Assembly (NCBI GenBank): GCA_009602725.1
Contig: WELB01000005.1
Location: forward strand, 395,033 to 434,768
Direction of reading: 5' to 3'
Source: Spirogloea muscicola
Taxonomy: Eukaryota
DNA: 39,736 nucleotides
How positions within the stretch are numbered: position 1 is the stretch's first letter; each line of letters opens with the position of its first letter. Below are positions 1 through 9,290 of this stretch, in pieces. A program made the position numbers and the translations under genes. Under the pieces are notes generated by a model, which saw only the letters and a list, made by a program, of their open reading frames with translations, ran no database searches and was not told where the DNA came from.

Positions 1-453
1 CATGGCTGCGAAGCCGTGCTCCAGCTGCTCTTGTACCCCCATCGAACGCCCTGCACCATCCTCAGGCAGGCTTTCTCGTGGCAAATCAGCACGCCGAACT
101 GCACTATCGAGCTCGACATTGTGACGAGGCTCCAGAGGCTGCTGATCAGACTTCATTCTCAGTCCTCCTCTGCTACCTCCCAGCCTGTGAGCAAATTCCG
201 GAGCAGCCTGCCGAGCTCCGAGCTCAAGCAGGGCATCAGCGGCATGGCCGTCGCCGCGGGACTGTGAGACGAGCTGCTGGCCGTCCAGGGCGATGGCCGT
301 GGAGGCGGGGCCATGCGAGAAGTGCACGCCGACCCAGGCGACGAAGATCACCACCCAGACGGAGAGGACGAGCCACCGGCTGTAGCCCTTGCCCTTGCGC
401 GACAGCGGCTTGGCGCCGAGCGTGGCGTCCGCCGACGGCTTCCAATACGCCAT
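1..453 (-). CDS. 5' part of a type II membrane protein (Golgi glycosyltransferase-like topology); runs off the window
   Basis: ATG at 453 opens a stop-free 151-codon frame to base 1 (missing from the ORF track because it has no stop): MAYWKPSADATLGAKPLSRKGKGYSR-WLVLSVWVVIFVAWVGVHF-SHGPASTAIALDGQ... This is a short basic tail, one hydrophobic helix, then a polar stem. Any catalytic domain would lie outside the window, so the function is inference. Confidence 0.6.
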   Translation of the reverse strand, partial: MAYWKPSADATLGAKPLSRKGKGYSRWLVLSVWVVIFVAWVGVHFSHGPASTAIALDGQQLVSQSRGDGHAADALLELGARQAAPEFAHRLGGSRGGLRMKSDQQPLEPRHNVELDSAVRRADLPRESLPEDGAGRSMGVQEQLEHGFAAM

Positions 454-974
454 TCCGCGCGCCGGCCGCCGCCACTACACTCGCCCGCAGGCCCTACTAC
501 CGGCTCATGTGGCCGCGTGGCCGCGTGGCCGCAGCCACCCGGCCAGTGACTCGCCGCACAGTCCGCCGCACTCGCGGCTGCGCCGAGCAGAGGGCCTTGG
601 CCGCGGGCGCGCGGCGCGGCGGTCAAGCAAGGCCGGGCTAGCTATAGCTGGCTGGCGGGCCCAGGCGGGGGAGGGGGGGCCGGGGGTAGGGAGTGGCGGC
701 AGGCATTCAAAACGACGGCGAGCCGTTCCGGCTGACCGCCGAAGTCTGCTAGCGGACGTCGTCCGGTCCCCTTCTCTCCGCCCGCCACATGGGAACCGAC
801 GGCGTGATGCCCTCACCCCGAACGACGAGGCGGCACGAGCTCCTGCACCGGCTGGCGGGCACCGCTGTGTCGTAGACGTCGTTACCACGTCCCTCTTCCG
901 CTTTTTAGCTTGCACTCGCCTCTGCTTGAACTGTGTATTGGCTTGAATTGGCCTCCCTTTTCATTTCATGCGCC

Positions 975-1340
975 CCGCGCGCCTTACCTTCCGCATGCGC
1001 CTGGCCTTATCGCTTCAACGCTTGCCCACGCCGTCCACACGCGCGCAGGCCGTGCTATGGCCGCCGCCTCTGGGTCTCGGCGGAGTGCCTCTTTCCTGCA
1101 GCGAGCTACTCAGACTTGATGTTGCTCACTCGTGGGTACTGAGCTTCCCTCTCCATCGTTTCTGTGTTCTGCAGTGTTTTGTAGTGTAGTCCTGTCTCCG
1201 GCTCCTCTTTCTTTGGCTTTGGACATTGTCCATTCTTTTTTTTGGGCTGGCTTTGCCAGCCCCTCTTCTCTATGGGCGCGCACTTCTTCTTCTCTATGGG
1301 CGAGCACCTCCTCTTCTCCATGAGCGAGCACTTTCTTCTT
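975..1340 (+). mobile_element. Truncated CRE-like 3' end with 3' UTR and three stacked 24-bp tails
   Basis: Frameshifted FRMRLALSLQR/AHAVHTRAGRAMAAASGSRRS/AASYSDLMLLTRGY* (stop 1140-1142). 1054-1290 is nearly identical to the inverted copy at 8431-8664. Confidence 0.8.
1263..1334 (+). repeat. 3 x 24-bp imperfect tandem repeat (YTCTTCTCYATGRGCGMGCACYTY)
   Basis: Units at 1263-1286, 1287-1310 and 1311-1334. Each unit matches the terminal 24 nt of the retroelement family. Confidence 0.85.
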
Positions 1341-2057
1341 ACCACGGGGAGCAAGCCGTTTCACGGCTGCAGGCTCTCTCGCCCAGGTGTATCTTTATTT
1401 TTTCAATATCGCTACAGCGGTCAATGCCACACGCGTTGCATCTGCGTGCCAGTCGCCCCTACTGGCTGCAGCCTCTGGCTAAAGACAGGAAATAGAGTGT
1501 CTTAAGTGATAGCTGTAGACAGGGGACCCGTTACGCGGAGACTAGTATTTCTGACTAGTTTTCTGATCTGCGGCTGCTCAACAGGGGATATTGATGTGCA
1601 ATGGCCACTTGAGTCGCTGTGTGCTTCAACGCATTCCTGGCCCCTTCTTCATCCTTTTCTGGGCTGGCCAATCACCGCTATCGCCTCTACTCTCACAGTC
1701 TATCTCTTTCTGACTTGCGGCTGCTAGATGGAGGTTACTAAGTGAGCATCCTTCGTGGTAGGTGCATCATTTCGTGTCCAGTTGTGTAGTTTTCCTTTTC
1801 GGCACCGATTTTGGCCTTTGGCTATTGTCCATCCTTTTCTGGGCTTTCTTTGCTAGCCCTCTTTTCCATGGGCGTTCTGACATAGCATCTTCAGGCCGCA
1901 TCTTCAGGCCCCTTCGTAGCTGCTTATCGTTGTTTTAGGCCCCTGCGTCATATGGCCCCTTCGAACGTTTGTCAATTCTTTTTGGGCTGGCTTTTCGCAG
2001 CCCTTGCCCCCATTGGGAGTGCCACTTCTTCTTTTCTATGGGCGAGCAATTTCTTCC

Positions 2058-2466
2058 TGCAGGCGGGCTACACCGTCGCGGTGAAAAACTCCTGTCATGC
2101 CCATCCAGCTGGGCGCGGACGTTCAGCTCCACACCCGGCGCGCAGTCGCCATCCCGCCCGGCGGGGTCCCCGCATCATTGCGATGGGGTGACTACTGACT
2201 GCGTCGACTCCGCGAGCCCCATCAAATCGGCGTCGACAGCAGGGCACGCGGTCGGCACGGCGGCTCGCGGCAAGGAGCGCAAATACGCGGATCACCCGGT
2301 TGGGGATGAATTCGCGGCCCTTGCGATCGACGTACACGGGGCCGTTGCTGCGGCAGTCGCTGGACCTCCTGCAGCGGCTTGCCCGGCCCGGCAGGCCATT
2401 GATCGGCGGGCGGGTCAGCCAGGGGAGGCGCCGGGCTTCAACGGTGCCGGCTCGCTCGCTCACGTA
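2058..2466 (+). pseudogene. Degenerate restriction-like endonuclease core of a CRE-like element
   Basis: Across frameshifts it reads QAGYTVAVK...DGVTTDCVDS...STAGHAVGTAARGKERKYADHPVGDEFAALAIDVHGA...QAIDRRAGQPGEAPGFNGAGSLAHV, collinear with the 10308-10945 domain. 2258-2337 recurs inverted at ~8775-8850. Confidence 0.7.
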
Positions 2467-2544
2467 GTGTAGTCCTTCTTTTTGGCTTTGCCAGCCCCTC
2501 TTCTCCATGGGCGCGCACTTCTCTCTTTTCCGGCTCCTCTTTCT

Positions 2545-2808
2545 GCCCACGCCTTGCATCTGCGTGCTGGCCGTGCTCTCGCTGCGGCCTCCGGCTTTCG
2601 TCAGGGGGATAGTTTTCCGGCAGCTAGTCTGTCGGATGTGAGGCTCCTTACTCGTAACTACTGAGTGGTCCATCCTCCCCCCTTCTGCCATAGCCTCTTC
2701 AGGCCCCACAGTCGCTGCTTAGCTCGTAGTTTGGCCCCTTCGAACCTTGTCAATTCTTTACGGGCTGGCTTCTCACAGCCCTTGCCCCCATTGGGAGAGC
2801 CACTTCTT
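2545..2808 (+). mobile_element. Young 264-bp truncated CRE-like copy with apparent 6-bp target-site duplication
   Basis: Matches 12831-13094 with about six substitutions by eye. Flanked by CTTTCT at 2539-2544 and 2806-2811. It interrupts CCGGCTCCTCTTTCTTTGGCTTTGGAC, which is intact at ~1198 and ~2889. Confidence 0.85.
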
Positions 2809-5800
2809 TCTTTGGCTTTGGACATTGTCCATTCTTTTTTGGACTGGCTTTGCCAGCCCCTCTTCTCTATGGGCGCGCACTTCCTTTTTCCGGCTCCTCT
2901 TTCTTTGGCTTTGGACGTTGTCCATTCTTTTTACCGCCATTTACTTACTCCAATCTGCACTGGGTCTATAGTGGGGCAATTTCAACAAGTCACTGAGCAG
3001 GCACCCTTAGTGGTCTCTACAATTTCCGGCTCCTGTGAATCTTGTTCATCGTTTTGTTGCACTGGCCTTGGCTGCTGCCTCCCGCTTAAGACAGGGCGAC
3101 TTTTCCGCCATCTATATGTTTGCACTTGCTGACTAGAGGTTAGTGACCGTCCATTCGCAGAAGCACAGAGAGTGGGTACCTAGTTTTTGCCCCTTCCGGC
3201 CCCGTCAGACCTCGTTCATTCCTTCGGGCTGGCCATTCGTAGCCCTCTTCGGACCTTGTCCGTCTTTATCGGGCTGGCTTTCACAGCCCTCGCCCCACTG
3301 GATGCCCTCACTTTCTTTCACAGCCCTCGCCTCTTTGGATGAGCTTGCTCTCACACTACTGCCTTATACTACATGCAAGGCAATAATGAAGGATCTTCTT
3401 CTTTTCACAGCCCTCGCCCCCTTTGGAAGAGCTGCTTCTCTCCACAGTAATAGCTTTCCAATCTGAAGCAACGGCTGTGCCCAGAGGAACTGACAAGGTC
3501 TGAAAGGGTAAAAGGCCGCGAAAAGAGTGACTACCCTTTATGACCCCTGCGAGTGGGCGCTCAATAACCTCTATGCACAAGTTCAGATCAAAGTACCTAC
3601 AGGAAAACCGTTGCACTGGCGGAGCCCGGAGGCAGCTGCCAAGGCGCGCCCTGCCCGCAAATTGACGGCATATGCCAAGGACCGCTGCAGGGAGATGCAA
3701 ATTCGCATCCTGTATACTTGAGCAAGCGACCCGGCGGCATTGGGGCCAGGCGAGGCCTTGCAGAGGGAGAGTAAGCTCATCCAGAAGGGTAGGGAGGCTG
3801 TGTAAAGCCAGCCCGAAAAGAATGGACAAGGTCTGAAGGGGCCGAAAAGTGCTGAAACACTTCGAATTGCGCGCCCACAGAGGGTAGGGGCCGGGAGAGG
3901 CCAGCCCAAAAAGAATGGACGAGGTCCAAAGAGCCAAAAGGGGCTGAGAAAAAAAACCACACAGCTAGACAACAAATTACCAATAGGCTAGACACTACAC
4001 AACCGCAGATGGAAGCTTAGTACCCGCGCGTGAGCAGCAGCAAGTCCGAGTAAGTCGCAGCTGGGAAAGAAAGAAGCAAGCGCGGCCAGATTGACTGGTG
4101 GCTGGGAGAGGCCAGCCCAAAGGAATGGACAAGGTCTGAAGGAGCCGGAGTGCTAAGGACTGAGACAGCAGCAAGCGGACTCTCAGTAAACTCTAGTCAG
4201 TAGATGCAAGTCTGAATAGCTAGCAGGCGGAAAGAAGCACTCCGGCGAGACCCTGAGGCAGCAGCCATAGCGCGGCCGGCACGCGTGTGGACTGCATGAG
4301 CCAGAAAGCGCTGGAGAGAGACGGAGAGCCGCATGCGAAAGACCTGGCCGCGCTATGGCTGCTGCCTCAGGGTCTCGGCAGAGTGCCGCTTTTCCTGCTT
4401 CGAGTTATTCTGATTTGCTGTTGCTCACTCGTGCTTATTGAGCATCCATCTGCATCATTTCGTGTCTTGGTGTGCAGTTTTGTCTTTCCTGGCACTGTTT
4501 TGTGGCCTTTTGAGGCCTGTGGACAATGTCCACTCTTTTCTGGGCTGGCTTTGCTAGCCCCTCTTTTTCTATGGGCGAGCCCGCTTCTGAGAGAAGAGCG
4601 CGCCCATAGAGAAGAGAGGCTGGCAAAGCCAGCCCAAAAACGGCGGTAAAACGTTGCCCTGACCAAACCAGGATACAGCAGCCAAGGCGCGGCCTGCACG
4701 CAAGTGCACGACAAGCGCCAAGGAACGCTGCAGAGAGATGCCAGGTGCATTCTGTTCACCAGAGCGGGCAACCAGACGGCGCTGAAGCCGGACATGAAAA
4801 TCTCTTCCGAGTCAAGGTGATGGCTGTTGGGGAAGGAAACTTATAGCTATTCTAAAGGGGGGCGATGGTTGTGTGGTTGCGCTTGCTCTCTGTGTGAGGC
4901 CAGCTTCACATAGAAACAGCTCACATAAAAGTCAGGCGATGGTTGTGAGAGGCCAGCCCAAGCAGAATGGACAAGGTCCGGAAGAGGAAGCAGCTCTTTT
5001 CAAGGGGGCGAGGGCTGTGAAAAGCCCACAAGAGAAAGGACAAAGTCCGAAGATAGCCAGAAAACGTCTGAGCGGGCCATATGGAGCAGAACAAGCAACT
5101 CCGTGGAAGAGCTTCTTGTTCTGTCGTGAAGTTGCAAACACAGACCCAAACGCACGTCCTCCAGATGCGCAAGTGCTTGTCGCACAAGTATCCGGGCAGC
5201 GATAGGATGTCAACAATCGCAAAACGTAGACAAGCCACTTTAATGCTACGCACCATTGATGATACTGTACGATGGGCCAGAATGGAAGAACACATGAACT
5301 GTATGGCGATTAAAGCAGTGTGTCTTATGGCAATGCTTGAAAAGGTCTCTTCAAGGGCACGCAGTGGCTGAGAAGGCTGGCCAGAATGATCTGAATGAGC
5401 TGCACGTGAAGTGCGGCGGCAAGCAAAAGGGGGGTCAATTACAGTACCATCAGCCAAAAATGCTTACTTGACCAAGAGCAATCGACACACTCGTGGCCTC
5501 TTTGCCAGAGGAGTGGGCAAATTCCTGTGTCCAAACACTTGCTCCTGCCAAATTTCTGAGTAGCTGCCCGCGGACTTTTCAGTAGGCGCACTGGAGCTGT
5601 GCCGTATGTCATTGCTCCACGCATTCGCCAGATGGGCATCTTGCTCGCAGCGTCATTGCTCTTGACAATAGCAAGCATGCACAAGTCCAATTCCTTCTCT
5701 TTTCATGCCGTGCTTCACCCACCAGGTGCTGAGAGTAAGTTGTATCCTGTTTAAGCATATTACACCTACTACACAAGATGGGTGATGCTGTCATCACTCC

Positions 5801-5878
5801 ATGCAGCCCTTGTGCAACAGCCAATGTAAGCAGCAATCTCACCAAGCTTGTTGCAAGACTGCACAAAACACAAGTACG

Positions 5879-7891
5879 TCATGAACTATGACCACGAGGG
5901 ACACTGTGGAGTGCCTTCACTAGGTTGAGGAAAAAGAAGGGCCCTTGACTGATGTCAAAAGTTGCACCATCCTCGTCCTCCATCCACTGTGGCAACTTCA
6001 GGATCTTCTCCTTTAAGCTACCCAGCACTAGCACTCGAACTGTCACCTCCTCGCAGTCCTCGTCCTCAGACGTGCTTACAGCACTTAGAATGTCCTCTGT
6101 ACCTGTTGCACCTCCGCTAATTGCTTCTCCCCTCACAAGCTCTATTGAACATCCTGGAGAAAGAAGTGGCCATGTCAGATGGTGTGGCGAAAGATTTTGC
6201 AAGGTAGGCAGATATAGGCAGATTAGAATGCACATTGATCCATGGAGTGCCACTGATTACAGTACCTGTCTCCTCATGTGTGAGGATGCTCTTGCCACCT
6301 TCTGTGGTGTGCACTTTGACGCCAAGCAATGCCTCCAGGAGGCTCTTCCAGTGGAAATCTTCATTGATGTCCCTGCCACCAGCAGCACTCTCCGCAGCAG
6401 CATCCACATGGTGAGCAATGCTGTGATGCAATACAAGCGCCCCTTCTGAGGCTTTGTTCTCAAGCTGAATAGCATGCTGCTCAAGCTCAAAGTAGGCGTC
6501 CTGCAGCTGCAGATTTTCCTTCTTCAGCTGCTTTGCCCTGCAGAGAGGCAAGATGCAAAATTATGAGAGTGTCAGTCATATCAAAGTACACTCATAATAC
6601 ATTCTTCACGCACTATATGGATGCGGAAGGGGTCATGTAGAAAAGTTACTCGAGCTCAAAGCCTTCAACGCGGGATTCTTCAATCCTTTCCAGGAGGTTC
6701 TCGATTTCCTCCTTCCTATGTTGTACTAGTCTCTCACCAGCTAGAGGTAGTACGGCCAAAAGCAGGGAGCATCCACCATGACGTAGTTTAGCAGAACATT
6801 GCGTGATGGTCACGAGGCTGCCAAAAAATGCACATGAGCGTCTACGATCCCACAAGCCTGCCTCACATGCCGATACAGGAAGTATGGCTTTGGTACCTTT
6901 GCTCTTCTCGTCAAAGAGCATCTTCTGTTGCTCAAACAGGTCCTCTGCTTCGGTGCACTTCAGAGCCTGCCGGAGCGATGGGAGGTGAGGCTGCATGCTC
7001 TTCCGGCCTGGCTTGCAGACAGAAGGTGAGCAACGATCCGTGCCTGGCTATCCCTCAGAAGGCCATCAGTGCACCTCTTAGACCAAAAGGACAGGCAGTA
7101 AGCTGACGCACCTTCAGGTCCCTATACTTGCGCAGGAGCTTGTCGTAAGCTGCTTGCAGCTTATGCATCAGTGGGGCGGCGTCACTGTCCATGGGCTTGG
7201 CTGGCCCACTCTGCTTCATCTCCTCAAGTAAACCAACCCCGCCAGCATCTGCCACCCTGGGCTTCCCTGACACAGCTTGCCGCTTCTCCTTTGACCTGCG
7301 CGGCTGATCAGCCTCCGGCGCAGCAGGCTTTTCTGGCTCAGCTTGCCGCATCTCTAACGGCAAGCTGACCACGCCGCCCCCTGCGGCCGTCGCTACATCG
7401 ACCTGTGGACTCTCCATCAAGCTGGCTTCCAGAGTTGCGGGCTTTGCTGCGGCAGCCTTATGCTTCCTCTTGGACAAGCTGACTTGCGCGACGCCATTGC
7501 CATTTGAACCCGTCACCTTCCGCGAAGCCGAGCGAGTCTTGGCAGCCGCGGGAGCCTTGACAATCACCGCTTTGGAAACCTCTTTGACTTCAGCGGCCCG
7601 CTGCCGCTTCCTCGGGCTCTGGAGGGCCATGGCGGCCGGGGCGTCGACAGCTGCCGGCTCATCAGGGCCATGGCGGCCTCGAGCCTTCTGCGTCGGCCTC
7701 CTGGGGGCCTCGGCTGGCTGCGCCGCCGCCGGCTCTGGGCCCCTCGCCCGGCCCTGCCGCTGCTTCTCGCTGTAGTCCACGCGGCCTGGCCGCTTGCGCA
7801 GCGCGCGGTCGCCGTCCGCTCCCACGGCCGCCTCCGCCGCAGCGCGCCGCAGCTGGCTCTCCTGCAGCCTCCTGGCCTCCGTCAGCCCCAT
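5879..7891 (-). CDS. TTN9: TITAN9/Csm1-like monopolin (kinetochore) protein; 5 exons: 7891-7112, 6966-6897, 6740-6650, 6537-6266, 6153-5879
   Basis: Four GT-AG introns join in frame. The coiled coil KLQAAYDKLLRKYRDLKALKCTEAEDLFEQQK... and the C-terminal LLEALLGVKV...HEETGCSIEL...LGSLKE...LPQWM...FDISQGPFFF match my recollection of plant TITAN9 and the Csm1 RWD domain. Long low-complexity N-terminus. Confidence 0.7.
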
Positions 7892-8077
7892 CCGCCGCCG
7901 CCGCCGCNAGCGCACGGCGTCACCAGCTCGGAGCCAGAGTGCCGAGATGGCGCGCGATGGCGTGCGACGATATCGTGGCTGCAGGCCGTGCACCAAGGCC
8001 AGGCAGTTGCCAGGAGGCCAGCAGAAGCAGCAGAGCGGCGCGGCGGAGGGGCGGGGGTGAGCGAGCCTCGTAACAGG

Positions 8078-8109
<32 letters not shown>

Positions 8110-8110
8110 G
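8078..8110 (+). repeat. (GCC)n microsatellite upstream of the TTN9-like ATG
   Basis: About 10 GCC units, seen directly. Confidence 0.9.
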
Positions 8111-8149
8111 GCGCGCGGCGCGCCTCCCGACATAGCCAGAGCCAGAGCT

Positions 8150-8230
8150 GGGCGTATTTGAAACTGGCCGAGGGTCCCGCGCGCCCCCGCAACGGGACGC
8201 ATTTCTGACGGGACGTCAGATACAACGGCA
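8150..8230. promoter_or_regulatory. Candidate promoter motifs of the TTN9-like gene: two CAACGG (MSA-like cores) around a TCTGACG-GGA-CGTCAGA palindrome
   Basis: CAACGG at 8190-8195 and 8223-8228; perfect 7-bp inverted repeat at 8204-8220; ~300 bp upstream of the ATG. The motifs are short and the function is inferred. Confidence 0.3.
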
Positions 8231-8939
8231 CGCGGCTCTGGCCCGTGCCGCCACCGGAAATGAAATGGAGAGTCTATTGAGTGATGAAGAGAAGGCGGCG
8301 CGGTGCGCATGAAAATGAAAAGTCAATCCGAGCCTGATGGGAGGGGCATGAGTGGCCAAGTAGAGACCGTATGCGCTTGGCCGTCTCGCTGCAGCGGTCT
8401 ATGGCCCGCGCGCTGCACCTGCGTGCTGGCAGAAGAAGTGCGCGCCCATAGAGAAGAGGGGCTGGCAAAGCCAGCCCAAAAAAGAATGGACAGTGTCCAA
8501 AGCCAAAGAAAGAGGAGCCGGAAAAAGGACTACACTACAAAACACTGCAGAACACAGACGATGCAGAGGGAAGTTCAGTACCCACGAGTGAGCTACATCA
8601 GGTCTGAGTAGCTCGCTGCAGGGAAAGAGGCACTCCGCCGAGACCCAGAGGCGGCGGCCATAGCAAGGCTGCTTCGTTTCTTAATGTGCTTGATTTCCTT
8701 AGTGCTTCCCCTGGCCCTTCTCGTCCTTTGTTCATTCTTTTTTGGGCTGGCTTTTTCCAGCCCCTTTCCTCAATGTACGTTGATCGCAAGTGCCGCGAAT
8801 TCATCCCCAACCGGGTGATCCGCGTACTTGCGTTCCTTGCCACGAGCCGCCGGCTCCTTCGAACCTTGTCAATTCTCTTCGGGTTGGCTTATCACAGCCC
8901 TTGCCCTCATTGGGAGAGCCACCTCTTTCTGCTTAGCAC

Positions 8940-9290
8940 TCAGTAACCCCTGCTAAGCAGCCTCAGGTCAGAGAAGCTGGGCTCCTGGAAGCGGGTCCCC
9001 TGGCCAGAGCCAGAGGCAGCAGCGAGGGCTCTGACGGCACGCAGGTGCAGCGTGCATGCCATAGACCTCTGCAGCGAGACGGCCAAGCGCATGCGGTACA
9101 CGTGCCAGCGACACAGCTGCATGGAAGGCCACCGGCTCCCCACGGAAGCGGCGGACAATGGCGTGACGTGAGAGCTGGTTGAGCAGCTCGAGCCACCGCT
9201 CATCGCCCCGTGCGTATCAATGGCGAGCGGGAAGAACTCGTCTTTCCGCGGGTGATCTGCGTATTTGAGCTCCTTGGCTCGAGCGGCGCA
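8940..9290 (-). pseudogene. CRE-like endonuclease C-terminal fragment
   Basis: AARAKELKYADHPRKDEFFPLAIDTHGA...HVYRMRLAVSLQRSMACTLHLRAVRALAAASGSGQGTRFQEPSFSDLRLLSRGY*. Confidence 0.75.

Larger units (their letters stand above)
975..5060. mobile_element. Cluster 1 of nested, 5'-truncated CRE-like (RLE-type) non-LTR retrotransposon 3' ends, both orientations
   Basis: Recurring peptide remnants (RMRLxxSLQR...HLRAGRALAAASG...SDLxLLTRGY*) at ~975-1142(+), ~1405-1594(+), 2545-2664(+), ~3580-3745(-), ~4015-4075(-), ~4185-4345(-), ~4346-4440(+) and ~4660-4790(-). More than a dozen GGGCTGGC...CAGCCC hairpin motifs accompany them. Confidence 0.8.

Noticed and set aside
16..946. Multiple overlapping Arg/Ala/Pro-rich ORFs, also at 7470-8310 and 13340-13773
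   Set aside because: These are expected stop-poor frames in GC-rich first exons and promoters.
2739..2808. The 3' motif as a known ribozyme (hammerhead, HDV, twister) or a tRNA-derived SINE (GGTTCGAA on the minus strand)
   Set aside because: I found no CUGANGA/GAAA core or HDV/twister topology by eye. The B-box-like word occurs in one subfamily only, with no A-box or cloverleaf. An Infernal scan would be needed to exclude these fully.
5400..5500. HFWL...DGTVIDP, resembling a transglutaminase-like motif on the minus strand
   Set aside because: It needs a frameshift and lies within a sequence that reads better as an intron.
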